DNA of 64,000 nt, from contig OX337230.1 of assembly GCA_946965045.2 (NCBI GenBank), positions 1,550,001 through 1,614,000 of the forward strand, in the 5' to 3' direction. This document shows, piece after piece, positions 10,002-20,486 of this stretch (positions are counted from its first letter, which is position 1; each line of letters starts with the position of its first letter). The notes under the pieces were generated by a model. That model made no database searches and was not told where the DNA came from. It was given only the letters and a program-made list of their open reading frames with translations. The stretch is from Epithemia pelagica. Its lineage: Eukaryota; Protista; Bacillariophyta. The position numbers and the translations under genes are program-made.

Positions 10002-10845
10002 GCACAAAAAGGAAAACCAAGAAATCCATCACACCAAACCCATGCACCACACCACAAAGAAGAAAAAGACACAAAACCATTAAGATGAGACGACCCGTAT
10101 ACCTGAAATAAGAAGAACTAAAACATAAGATGAAGAATGAGTTAGAAACATGCCTGTTCAAAAATTATGAGAGCGATCTTTCGGTAGATTTTTGTGTCAA
10201 CGATCGACGTACAGAGCACACATGAAGCTTACCATGGACAGACGTCTTGTACGTTCGTCGAGCGTTGACCACTGATGTAAGCACAGAAATTTCTGAACTA
10301 AGACCAAAATCATTTATGGTGATTGAAGGGGAGGTGCCTTCGCCCCTCATGACAGAGAGTTAAACCAGATGCAAGGGTTAGACAAGACATGGTAATTCAG
10401 CCAATGAGAGTGGAACCGACTAGGATGCAGAAAACGACGGAATCTTACCATTTTGAACGTTGGGAATCTCTTCCTTTTTTCTTCCTCTCTTTTTTTCCCT
10501 CCCCTTTTTCCCTTCTCTCTTCTGCCTTGGCCCCCCCCATTTTCGTTGTAGGGGGTGTTAGTTTGCTCAGGCAGCAATATGATTGGGTGAGACCATGTCG
10601 TTCCACACAAAACACTTAAAGGAAAACTCAGAACGACATGTCTTACCATTTCAAAAATCAGTCCCCCATCGCCCCCCAAACACGGATTGGCAGCTTGAAA
10701 ATCTCACCAAGTGAGATTCCAAGTGCCGATCCGGTCGGTCGCGGCCGCCAAGTCTCATCTCGGAAAGACGACAATGAGACATTGGCCACTTTTCTGGCCA
10801 TCTCATCTCGTCGATGACACACCTGTAGAAAACGTAATAGAAAAG

Positions 10846-13800
10846 ATGGTTAGTAGGTCACACCAAACAACACAATCTTGGGCTGCTCAACAGGCTGCAG
10901 CAAGGGCGGCAATGGGCCCCCAATCCCAACGACGAGGGAACATTTACAGTCGCTTGCCAGTGCCACAGGGGCAGCGACGCTCGGGCAACCAAACCATGAC
11001 AGGAGTAGTGGAGTTTGAGCCCCACATAGACTGTTATGTCTGCAGGGCTGTCCACAATGGACAAAACAAGCCACACAGAGCCCACCACATGCTCTGTCCA
11101 CTCAACAAAACAACAAAGGGCAAGGCAAAGACACAGGAGAAGGGCCAGATCCAACGACTGCTCGACAAAGCAGCAAAACAACACAAGAAGAACAACAATA
11201 GGCCAATGAATGGCACAGAACAACTCACCCCAGGCAATGTCAGTGAGGAGGCACTGGGTGCCTTTTTTTCTGTTCGCAACAACACGACGAAACAAGTGAA
11301 GACAACGGGCAAGCTCACGTTGGAGTCGTTGGCGACGAAGAAAAAGCCAGTAGAAAGGAAGGTTGGGAAAACATGTGACAGTCACATACCAACAAGTGCA
11401 CGCATGTCGGTCGAAAATTTCAAAACAGAAATTCTACATAGGACAAACATGCTGGTTGAGGCGAGTTCGATTGCTCCCAAGACCATGCGGGCTCTCGCGT
11501 CACTTATTCAGGACACGTGCCTTCGTTCAAAGCGGAGTACAACGGTTCTAGAAGCTTTTTTCGAAGGTATGGAGTTTTGTGTACCGGCTTGCTCTAGGAA
11601 CACGTGTCCTTTGTACGACTCGTTTGTGGGACAGAAACTCTATGTAGTAGATTGGGAACTCTTTTTTCCAAACCAAGTACTGTTTTGTCCTACATGTGGA
11701 GGTAATCTCCAGCGGACGCGGACTAATTTCTCCAAGAACAAGTCGCTTTTCCCCCAATTCGGAATAAATGGTCCCCCAAGCTACGCGATCGTGATGCACT
11801 ATAAGTGCTCGGCATGTGGTGCCAATCACCAAGGCAACGAATCGCAATTTCTCGCGAAACTTCCTCCCCACATGGCCATGGCGTACCCAGTCGACCCGAA
11901 ATACGCGGTCGGCAACTCGCACCTCAAGACTGACGCGACGAGACTCATGGAGCGGCTCATGGTGACTCATGGGAATGCAATTCTATGTGCAGAATATCTC
12001 TATGAATCAATCAACCAGTGCTATATGGACAAAACTATGAGATTCTACTCGGAGCTCCTAGCGACAGACCAAGCAAGTGACCAACCTTATCCAAAGAAGG
12101 ATGGCGAATGGCTCGTGTCTTATCCCCCTCAAGCGGACACCCTTCGTCAGATATACGAGCAGGGTGCTTACTCAGACTCTGTGTGGTGGGGAGTATCCGA
12201 TGTTGACCGACACCAGCGAGAAATACAAATGGTGAAGTGTAGATTATCGTTTGCTCAGGACCACACCTGGGAGGTGGTCAAGAACTACCTTTCCAGTTGC
12301 AAGGCAAAGGTCCTGTGGGATGTTTGCACCGAGACAGGCGAGATTGCCTGTCTTGTCTTGGTGCAATCAACAAAGCTGCAAGAGATTGCCCATGCAGCAG
12401 AGCAATTGTCGCGTCGTATCGGGTTTTCTCCCGTAATTATGTATTCCGATACCTGGCCCCACAAGGATGACTTTTGGGAACTGATACTTGGAGCACGGTT
12501 GATTGGCAGGTTGGGGTTATTTCATTTTTTGCAGCGAATTACAAAGACGCTTCGACAGCGTCATTGCGACCATGGGCAAGCACTTCGTGATTTGAAGGCT
12601 TGCATCTATGAAGAGCACGATGAAGACTTTCAGAAAGTCATCCATGCCCTCAAGACCGGATTGTTGGGAAAGGAATACACAGAAGAAGAGATTTGTGAGA
12701 TGAGAGCAACGAAAGTCTTTGCTCAACGATACAACAAATACATACGAAAAAGGATTCGTTCGGCCGAAGTCATCAAAGGGAAACTCGACGAATTCAAGGT
12801 GAGGTACAAAGTCACCGCCTCAGATGGACAACCAGCTGCTCGTGGCCGTCTTGACCCAAAGTCGGGCCAGACTCTCTTCACTCCAGAAACACACGATGCC
12901 CTGGTGAATTGCAAAGAGAAGGCTCAGTTTTTGGCCGACCCAAAACCAATCGAAGAGATGTATTGTGAGTTGCCACCGAATCGCAATGCAAAACATGGTC
13001 TCCCTGAGTTTCGTGCTTACCGTGGCGAGAGCAAGTTGGAGTCGTTTCACGACAACCTTGCTCATTTTGGGAACTGTGGGATGCGCGAGTCATTGGCAGA
13101 TGCACTAAATTTGTGCGGAACTGCCAGGTACAATCGTACCATTCGACACAAGCTCGCTCTGTTGGATATGAATCCAACAGAGCGAGCGCAAATCCCAGCT
13201 GGATGGGAGTCGGTTGCGCCGTTTGACAACCACTTGCAACTCGAATTTATAAACAAAATGGCAAGGGCAACTGGTGTTAGTGGGCCATTCGCCAACGTAG
13301 AACAAATCCCAGAGGACAACGGAGAACGATTTTTGTCTACTTACCTCAAGCAACAAATGGAAAGAGACAAAACCGTGCCAAAGCATCCGCTCAATGATCG
13401 CTGTCAGTGTTCGTTGTGTCAGGGCAATGCCAAGAGATTGCCCCATGACAGCTCCATTCCACCCTTTGCTTCGTCAGCTTCCTCCTCGTCTGTTGTTGTG
13501 TCTGCTTCATCACCAACCATGGCCGAGATTTATTTGAATCCGTATTTTCCCCAAAGAGGACGGAAACAACCCAAGAGCACCGTCCAAAGCGAAGAAATAT
13601 CCGAAGAAATAGACAACAGCATCAGTTGTTGCGGTGATGTAGCACCAGAACAGTCGGTTCCGGTTGCGAAGGACGCAAACAAACGAAAAGCCGGCAACAA
13701 CACAACAACAGAATCCAACAATCCATCCAAAAAGCAACGCATAGAGCAGCAAACGAATGCGACAGAAACTGGTGAGATGGAAGCTACACCAGGAAATGCA

Positions 13801-14172
13801 ACAAGGGAAGTGGTAAGCTTACCTTCTTTGTCACGACAACAGGCCCAGTTGCATACGGCGACACAGCAGAGCAACACGCAACAAACAAAACAAACAACAA
13901 ATCACCATGCACCACCAGCACAGCAATGCAATCGTCCACCATTCTTTGGACTCCCTGTTGCCATGGCCAAGTACTCCAACCTGTTGCCGCCACCACCACT
14001 CCATCCAGCTTTGTACCCGTGCCATCCGTTCGGCTATCCTCATCGTCCATCGCCACGAACTCAAATCCAGTTTTGTTGCGTGAAGCACAAAGAATACTAC
14101 GACAGTGGCAAGAGGGGACGACCACCACACAGCAAAGACTGTCCAAAGCGGAATTTCCGAGGCTTCGATTGA
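10846..14172 (+). CDS. Dada-like DDE transposase of E3 (track ORF from 10711; homologous start MVSRS at 10846)
   Basis: FAQDHTW, CTETGEI, MYSDTWP, LGLFHFLQR, RGESKLESFH, CQCSLC and CC..GRPPH..CP all align with E1; uninterrupted frame. Confidence 0.8.
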   Translation: MVSRSHQTTQSWAAQQAAARAAMGPQSQRRGNIYSRLPVPQGQRRSGNQTMTGVVEFEPHIDCYVCRAVHNGQNKPHRAHHMLCPLNKTTKGKAKTQEKGQIQRLLDKAAKQHKKNNNRPMNGTEQLTPGNVSEEALGAFFSVRNNTTKQVKTTGKLTLESLATKKKPVERKVGKTCDSHIPTSARMSVENFKTEILHRTNMLVEASSIAPKTMRALASLIQDTCLRSKRSTTVLEAFFEGMEFCVPACSRNTCPLYDSFVGQKLYVVDWELFFPNQVLFCPTCGGNLQRTRTNFSKNKSLFPQFGINGPPSYAIVMHYKCSACGANHQGNESQFLAKLPPHMAMAYPVDPKYAVGNSHLKTDATRLMERLMVTHGNAILCAEYLYESINQCYMDKTMRFYSELLATDQASDQPYPKKDGEWLVSYPPQADTLRQIYEQGAYSDSVWWGVSDVDRHQREIQMVKCRLSFAQDHTWEVVKNYLSSCKAKVLWDVCTETGEIACLVLVQSTKLQEIAHAAEQLSRRIGFSPVIMYSDTWPHKDDFWELILGARLIGRLGLFHFLQRITKTLRQRHCDHGQALRDLKACIYEEHDEDFQKVIHALKTGLLGKEYTEEEICEMRATKVFAQRYNKYIRKRIRSAEVIKGKLDEFKVRYKVTASDGQPAARGRLDPKSGQTLFTPETHDALVNCKEKAQFLADPKPIEEMYCELPPNRNAKHGLPEFRAYRGESKLESFHDNLAHFGNCGMRESLADALNLCGTARYNRTIRHKLALLDMNPTERAQIPAGWESVAPFDNHLQLEFINKMARATGVSGPFANVEQIPEDNGERFLSTYLKQQMERDKTVPKHPLNDRCQCSLCQGNAKRLPHDSSIPPFASSASSSSVVVSASSPTMAEIYLNPYFPQRGRKQPKSTVQSEEISEEIDNSISCCGDVAPEQSVPVAKDANKRKAGNNTTTESNNPSKKQRIEQQTNATETGEMEATPGNATREVVSLPSLSRQQAQLHTATQQSNTQQTKQTTNHHAPPAQQCNRPPFFGLPVAMAKYSNLLPPPPLHPALYPCHPFGYPHRPSPRTQIQFCCVKHKEYYDSGKRGRPPHSKDCPKRNFRGFD

Positions 14173-14176
14173 TCCG

Positions 14177-14250
14177 GGCTGTCCATTTGTCGAGACGACA
14201 GGAAGGAAGATCCAATGGCACACCGAAAGACATGGCGATGCCATCCAGCC
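14177..14250 (+). ncRNA. Candidate structured RNA element, E3 version
   Basis: Hairpin A TGTCG-aga-CGACA (14188-14200); hairpin B ATGGCA..TGCCAT (14215-14244) enclosing CACC-GAAAGACAT-GGCG. Confidence 0.5.
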
Positions 14251-15182
14251 ATCACAACCAATCCACCCACCCAAAAACCACCTTCATTACCACCACTGCA
14301 TGCCCCATCATCGCTCCAATTACAAGAACTTAAAAAATGAATCGACCAACAACCTGAATACCTGAATGACCAAGAACACAACAAGCACGACAAGATAGTT
14401 AGTAACAAAAATACGAAAAACAGAATTTATGAGACATCCATATCTTCTCTAGCCACCGTAGCACATGGAAAGGGCACCCGGAAAGTGACAAGGCTCTTGC
14501 GGAATTCGGGTGTCAAGTCAAACCTGTTGAACGACAGACAATTAAAGGTGAGAGGCCAATAAAGACAGAATGTTGCTACCGGTCTTGTAAGGGGAAATAT
14601 GCTTCCACGTACTTACCTGCCTGATCCCCCTCTGAGGACATGAAAGGTGATGTTACGACATGTCACAACAATCCTCGAAAATGCGAATGAAACGATCGAA
14701 CCAGAACGATGGAATCCAGCTGCCAAAACTCTCCCCTTTTTCCTCCCCTTCTTCTTCCTCTCCTCCCCCTCCCCTTCTCTCTTCTGCCTTGGGCCCCCCC
14801 ATTTTCGCTGGCAGCCATCCAGGCGAAAAAGACAGGGGGAGGAAATTCTCCCCGGGGGAAATAGTCCCTACATTCCTAATATATCGGCACCAATACCATA
14901 GCGATGGAGCGCAGCGACAAAAATAATTCGTGCGAGCGAAGCGAGCTTAGCTGCGCGATCTCTACACGAACGACGCGAAACAAACAATGGCGAACGCAAC
15001 AAGACAAACATGGTTATCCCAACACGTGGCCACCCTCCTTCAACCACCACACTAGTTCGACCAAACACGACATGGCTGAACTCGGAGTCCTTTTTCTGTT
15101 TGATTGGCTGTTCTTGTGTTTCTGCTTTGATTGCGGCACGAGTTTGCCTTGTGTCCGTCGTAATGACAAGGACGAGCTTCCC

Positions 15183-15645
15183 AATTTCTCGAATGATGAG
15201 TGGTTAATATTTCATTTTGGAAGAAACTAAAACAGATTGGGATGGGTCATCTGGCCCATGGGAACGATGATCCTGGGCCAAGACATTTCTCGAATGACGA
15301 GTGGTTACCTAAAATCCTGAACGAAACTAAAAAAGATTGGGACGGGTCATCTGGCCCATGGGTACGATGATCCTGGGCCAAGCCATTTCTTGAATGACGA
15401 GTGGGTTACCTAAAATCCCGAACGAAACTAAAAAAGATTGGGATGGGCCATCTGGCCCACTGGGCCAAGCCATTTCTCGAATGACGAGTGGGTTACCTAA
15501 AAACTTGAACGAAACTAAAAAAGATTGGGATGGGTCATCTGGCCCATGGGTGTGATCATCCTGGGCCAAGCCGTTTCTCAAAAAACTTGAACGAAACTAA
15601 AAAAAGATTGTAATGGATCATCTGGCCCATGGGTACGATGATCCA
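15183..15645. repeat. Tandem repeat of ~100-bp units (about 4.5 copies, later units shortened) in the 3' subterminal region of E4
   Basis: GAAACTAAAA recurs at 15223, 15323, 15424, 15511, 15593; each unit carries TGGCCCA...TGGGCCA. Confidence 0.9.
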
Positions 15646-15734
15646 TGAAGTCGGCATCCTTGACGCACGATTGTTGCTACCTCCTCCACCTTCGAGAAAG
15701 CCTCCACGGCCACCACTGCTTATGAAACTAACAA

Positions 15735-18700
15735 TCAGCCACTGCCCTGAGTGCATTTTCCGATTTGCCAAGCACCAGGACACTCATCTTGACTTTTCCC
15801 GCACATCCTACATGTTCGCTTCCGCCGCTTCGCTTTATCTCTTCCCCGTTTGCTCGCAGTGATAGCAGGTTGGTTAGTGAAGGTTCCATTTGAATTGGCA
15901 CCTACTTGCGTATTTGCGACTACTCGTGTTCCTCTTGCTCTAACAGTTGGTACTGGAAATGTTGGACAGGGTGTATTTTGTGGCAGCGGCCAGTGTACTA
16001 TCTGGGCTGTGTCTGGAGGTTCTTGATGGTCTGGCAACCAAACAACAGTTTGATCAGCATCATTTACTTCGTCAGTGTCTTCACCATTTTGGTTCATTGG
16101 TTTAATCCGACTTGCCATCGGATAACCGGGAAGAGAAAGCTCGCGAAGCCGTGAAATTTCCTCTGCCATCGATGCAACAGCGTCCTCCATCCGCAGATTT
16201 TGTTGGAATATTTCCTTGTACGTTCTCAAATACACAGGCAGTTTTGGCAGAATTGATTTACCATTGACCCGTTCAAGCCATCGAATGGCCATTTTTTCCA
16301 AATCATCAAGTAGGGCTGGCGTATCAAGAGCTAATTGCCGGAAGGCTCTCATCTCGTCTCGACTTGTGATTGGCGTAAATGGAAGCTTCACACTTTGATG
16401 TTTGGCAAGATATCTTTGTTCTCTGGTCAATGGTATATCATCAAGAGGAAGCGAATTCACTGCATCCGTCAACAAGGTTGGTTGTAGCGGAATGACTCCG
16501 CATGACTCTTCCGTTTGTGTATAGTCCCCGCTATTCACCCAGGTTGGAAAGACCAGAGTGTTATGGTTTTTTTCAACCAGATACTGAATTGCATCAATTA
16601 ACCACGTGTCAAAGTGCCCCACTCTTGGAAACCCAGCGCGCCTCCTTTCAGCCATTCGGTGATTGTACCGATGGCGATGTTCTTGTCAAAGGCACCAATA
16701 AACTGGCAAACCCAAGTAGTTTGATGACTCTTCACCCCTTCGGTTGATTTTCCGAACGTACATTGAAAAACCTGATGGGTCAGACACGTAGCCTTGTAGA
16801 ATTTCCTTGAGTACATTGTCTGCTTTTTTCCATGCTCGGTTGTTGAAAAGAGGCTTGTTGTCATCCAATTTGTTTCCGAACGCAAGATAGACATTCCTCA
16901 CCCTCCAGTAGAGCTGACTCGGTGGCAGTACAACTCTTGGCACGCACTCTAAACAAAACAACGTTCTGTAGTACATCATTGCTTCAATTTCTTGGTTTGA
17001 TTTGCCATCATTCCGAAGTGCTTTCTTTGCTCTATCCAAGGCGTCTGGGTCCCAGGCAAAGAACGCTTGTGACAGAGCAACAAAAAAGGCCTTCCGAAAC
17101 TTGTGCTTCACCGGCACTTTTATGCGATCCATGTAATGCCACGGATCTCCCAACACAGATCTGAATTTATCAACAATTGCTTCTGGAGGACTAGAAAGAT
17201 GAGAATTCTCTAAGGCAAAGCTGTCTTTGGATAGTGTCTCAAGATATTCAATGATTACCATCTCGTCACGAGTCAAACCACTCCGGAAATTAAGGTCTCT
17301 CTCGAACAAGTTTCCAGAATTGTCATTGCCCGTCATATTAGTTGCAGCCATTTCATGCTGATTCACATCCACATTGTTTGCAGTGAACGTTGGACCGATA
17401 TCCTCCATATTTTCGTCTCCACCACTTTCTATTCTCTCATTTGAGAGATCGCAATCATCCACCAGTATTTGCCATTTTGGTTCCAACGGTGCTGGAGTAT
17501 CCTCAGTCCTTTCATCATTTCCGTTATCCATTTCATTATCAGAAGGAGATGCTTTATGTAGCTTCAACATCGTTGTGGGGATTCGTACACGAAAAGGTTG
17601 GCCATCTAGGGCAGTATCTTGGAAATGGCCAATCGTGGCTGCCTTTCCATCTCCAGTGGTAAAACCAGGAATTCTCAGAAATGGTCCAAGAACTTTCTTG
17701 ACTTCGACAATGCAGCTGTTTGTTGCTTGCCCTGACAACCTTGGCTTGAGAACAACCGGTTCCTGCCAGTTTGGATCATTGACAATAGTGCCAATTGCTG
17801 CAATTGGGGCCTTTTCAGCGTCACCTGTAGTACCGCGAGATGGGATAACATCAACCTTAGTTCCTGCTGTAGCATTGTCCTTCTCCAGTCGATGGGCATA
17901 GTCCGGGAAACTGATTAGCTTTAGGTAACATTCTAAGGACTTGATTGCGTCAAGAGCAGCATACTCTAGCTGCTCTACCGCGAGATTTGAATTACCCCAT
18001 TTGGAAGAACGGACACTGTCATCCTTACTCATCCTCTCCTGTAGTAACAACTCAACCAGTGCCTTCAAACCAATTCTAGCATCATGCACAAGGTCTCGGT
18101 CTTTTGCAAGTCGAGCAATGTCCATACACTTCACGGTGTCTGTCACATCCCGAATGCCAAAGTCGTCACCAACTATTCGAATGTCACCAAGCACCCTCTT
18201 GCCGACAAATGTAATTGTACTATCTCTGAACAAATCCAGCAATGAATCTGGCAACCTTGGTAGTTGCCTTACATGCAAAAGCAGGGCTTTGATTGACCCG
18301 GACTCATTTTTGTATGCAATCTGCAATAGCCCAACTTTGTCCCGACCGTGTGGAGGAAACTTTGTTTTCGACCCATATTCGTGTTCCTCATCAAATCCAA
18401 GCACCCGATCTTCAATCGGGCGTGAGTTCAGCTCTTGCCAAAGTAGTGCAATGGCCCTGTCAATCTCTTGCATAGATTTTACCGAGTGGTAGTCAGTCGC
18501 TTCAACAGAACATATTGGAATGTTGCCAGGTGTATTCTCCACGTGCATTGCAACTGTTGGTGTGGTTGAATTCAACTGCGTTTCCATTTTCTTCAGTGAT
18601 GGCAAATGCTGACTGAAGAATGCAATATCTTCATTAGGTTTGTCCGTAAACAAGAATTTTGGATGCGCAAATCCATACGCAGAGAGAGTTTCCTTGACAC

Positions 18701-20015
18701 TGGCCAAGGCACAGACCATTTGGTCATGGCCGTCAGTAACCACATGAAACTGAAGCCGAACTTCACCAAGTTCATTGGTTGCCGTGACAAGGCCTCGAAA
18801 GACTCTGCCTCCTCTGAATCGAGTTAATTGTTTAGCTTCTTTATAGGATACGTCCCAGCGAAGAACTGAAGCTGTCCTTTTTTTAAGCTCACGAAGCATG
18901 TGGTCTTCCAGCGAATTTTCATATAACTTGAATGCATGACTGAGGTAGTTTGGAGAACAAGTTCGACCGGCATAGAGCTCTCTATTCGTGAAATTGCTAA
19001 ACATAGAAACTTCAAGGGCTGGATTGAATTGTCTCTTTCTTGCTATTTCATTCTCTCTCTGTAATCACTTCCGACTGTGAGTTTTCCGACTAAGCTCGTC
19101 TATCAACGCAGCCATCTGCTTGGGACGAATCCCCAAAATGAAGAGGGATCGCATCAGATCAACAACTGTATTGTCCAGACCCGACTTGTGCGTCAAAAAT
19201 GCTGGAAAATATGACCCTGCATTGTAAGGCAAGGTGGTAAGTATGGCTTCAGAACTTCCAATCCAGGTATATGGATCGTCCTGTCTTTTGTCGCGCTTTT
19301 CCTTGCACTCCTTGCATATGTATCGGCGTGCCATTACAAAGTAGTGGCCTGTTAATGACTGCACCCGCCGTGCCACATGGTCTGGCCAACCGTGTGTACA
19401 AACAGTTTTCTTGCAATGAGTATTTGGACATTGGAAAAGTCCCCAATGAATATCTGGGAGCCAGACAAAGACATCTCGGTAATAACCCTCCTCTGAAAAC
19501 TCAATTGAGAGATTAGAACAAATTTTTTTTGCATGGTATGTGCGAATCCAATAATCATTTGTTTGTAGCATTGTGGTTAGCCAGCGATCAACAAGCTGAT
19601 TGTTGATTGCCGATGTTTCCTTCTGTATTTGTTGACGAATTGCCCTCAAATATCGATCCACAATGGAATTGGCCTCTTCTTCAATGTCCACTTCTTGAAA
19701 ATTATCTTCATCAGGCTCATCAGTCGACTCATCATCACTGTCGTCAAAATTGTCATCATCAAAGTCATAGCTATGGTCAATGTCCCTCTCTTGCAAGTTG
19801 TCTTCGACTGCATTGTCATTCAAGTGATTTCTTGCAGGGCCAAAATATTGGTGGAGGAAATTGACCTGTCGGTTGGTTTGGTGCCTCTCTCTGATCCTCC
19901 TTAGGCGTGCTTCCCTCCTCTCTGCATGAGTTTTTGTTGTTCCAACAGGACGACCACGTCCTCTTTTTCCATTCGGCATTGTCGGCATGTTGTGTGCAGG
20001 TGCAGATAACCACAA
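15735..20015 (-). pseudogene. Dada-like transposase with internal DEDDy 3'-5' exonuclease; two in-frame TGA stops and loss of the catalytic-E segment
   Basis: Track ORFs 19065-20015, 16686-19004 and 15735-16655 share one frame, separated by TGA at 19065-19067 and 16686-16688. Motifs: CP..C, LRWDVSYK (D), TNELGEVR, LFTDKP (D), exonuclease VLGFDEE / VLGDI / EYAALDA, LGDPWHYMDR (DxxH), HRYNHR..GFPRVGHFDTW. No RGxxxxE between YWCL and QEHRH. Confidence 0.8.
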
Positions 20016-20486
20016 CTAGAAATGCTATGAGCACTAAGGTATCACGACTGGGCTCTTGCATTGGTAAGCAGTCGTGGAGCCGATGTCTCTGGACGACTAA
20101 AAAACCAAAAGCCCTGTCCTAATGCTAAGTAATTGAGGTAGGTATTTGGTTTTTTAGCGTCGCACCAAGAATAAAACCGACCAATCATATGACTTCATTC
20201 AGACCAAAAGCCTCCACCGCTATGGTATTGGTGCCAAAATACACTCCTTTTTTACTTCAGTAGCTACTCCTAGCTAGAGGATTTAGAAGGCGACCTAGAG
20301 GAGTATTGTATTAACGGTGACAGACAGTGACACATAGACTGACACCAGTGAACAGACGGTGTCCTTTCGGGAAGGCTAGGGCCTCATCTCGGCACTGGGT
20401 ACTCCATCCGACAACACGTTGATCATGTTGCTCAGTTAAACTGAGAGGCTGATCAACTGGACACGTCTAAGAACTGATTTGTCGTT

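Larger units (their letters stand above)
6079..10544 (+). mobile_element. Dada-like DNA transposon, copy E2 (tandem, apparently identical to E1)
   Basis: Every internal ORF of E1 in the track recurs at +4466 with the same translation; same termini and GTTGTAG junction. Confidence 0.8.
10545..14806 (+). mobile_element. Dada-like DNA transposon E3, a diverged sister family of E1/E2
   Basis: Starts GTTGTAG-GGGGTGTTAGTTTG-CTCAGGCAG (10566-10574) and ends CTGCCTTGG (14784-14792) + 14 nt ATTTTC. Same layout as E1 with diverged interior. Confidence 0.8.
14886..20235 (-). mobile_element. Dada-like transposon E4 with embedded DEDDy exonuclease; bounded by 24-bp inverted repeats; defective
   Basis: GGCACCAATACCATAGCGATGGAG at 14886-14909 and its reverse complement (one mismatch) at 20212-20235 enclose the transposase-exonuclease frame and a tandem repeat. 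True ends may lie a few nt outside. Confidence 0.7.

Noticed and set aside
14611-14619. ACTTACCTG in the E3 3' arm, matching the U1 snRNA 5' end (Dada elements can target U1)
   Set aside because: No U1 stem-loops, 70K loop or Sm site follow; absent from E1; the same 9-mer is just a reverse-strand splice donor elsewhere (34924-34932).
1601-14815. TGGCAGC (1601-1607 and 14809-14815) as the TSD of the whole array
   Set aside because: It would make the ends asymmetric (26 vs 16 nt to the subterminal repeat) and add bases that are missing at both internal junctions. Kept only as an alternative to test with the empty allele.
15183-15645. Repeat array as CRISPR-like
   Set aside because: Units are contiguous near-copies with no unique spacers, in a eukaryotic context without cas genes.
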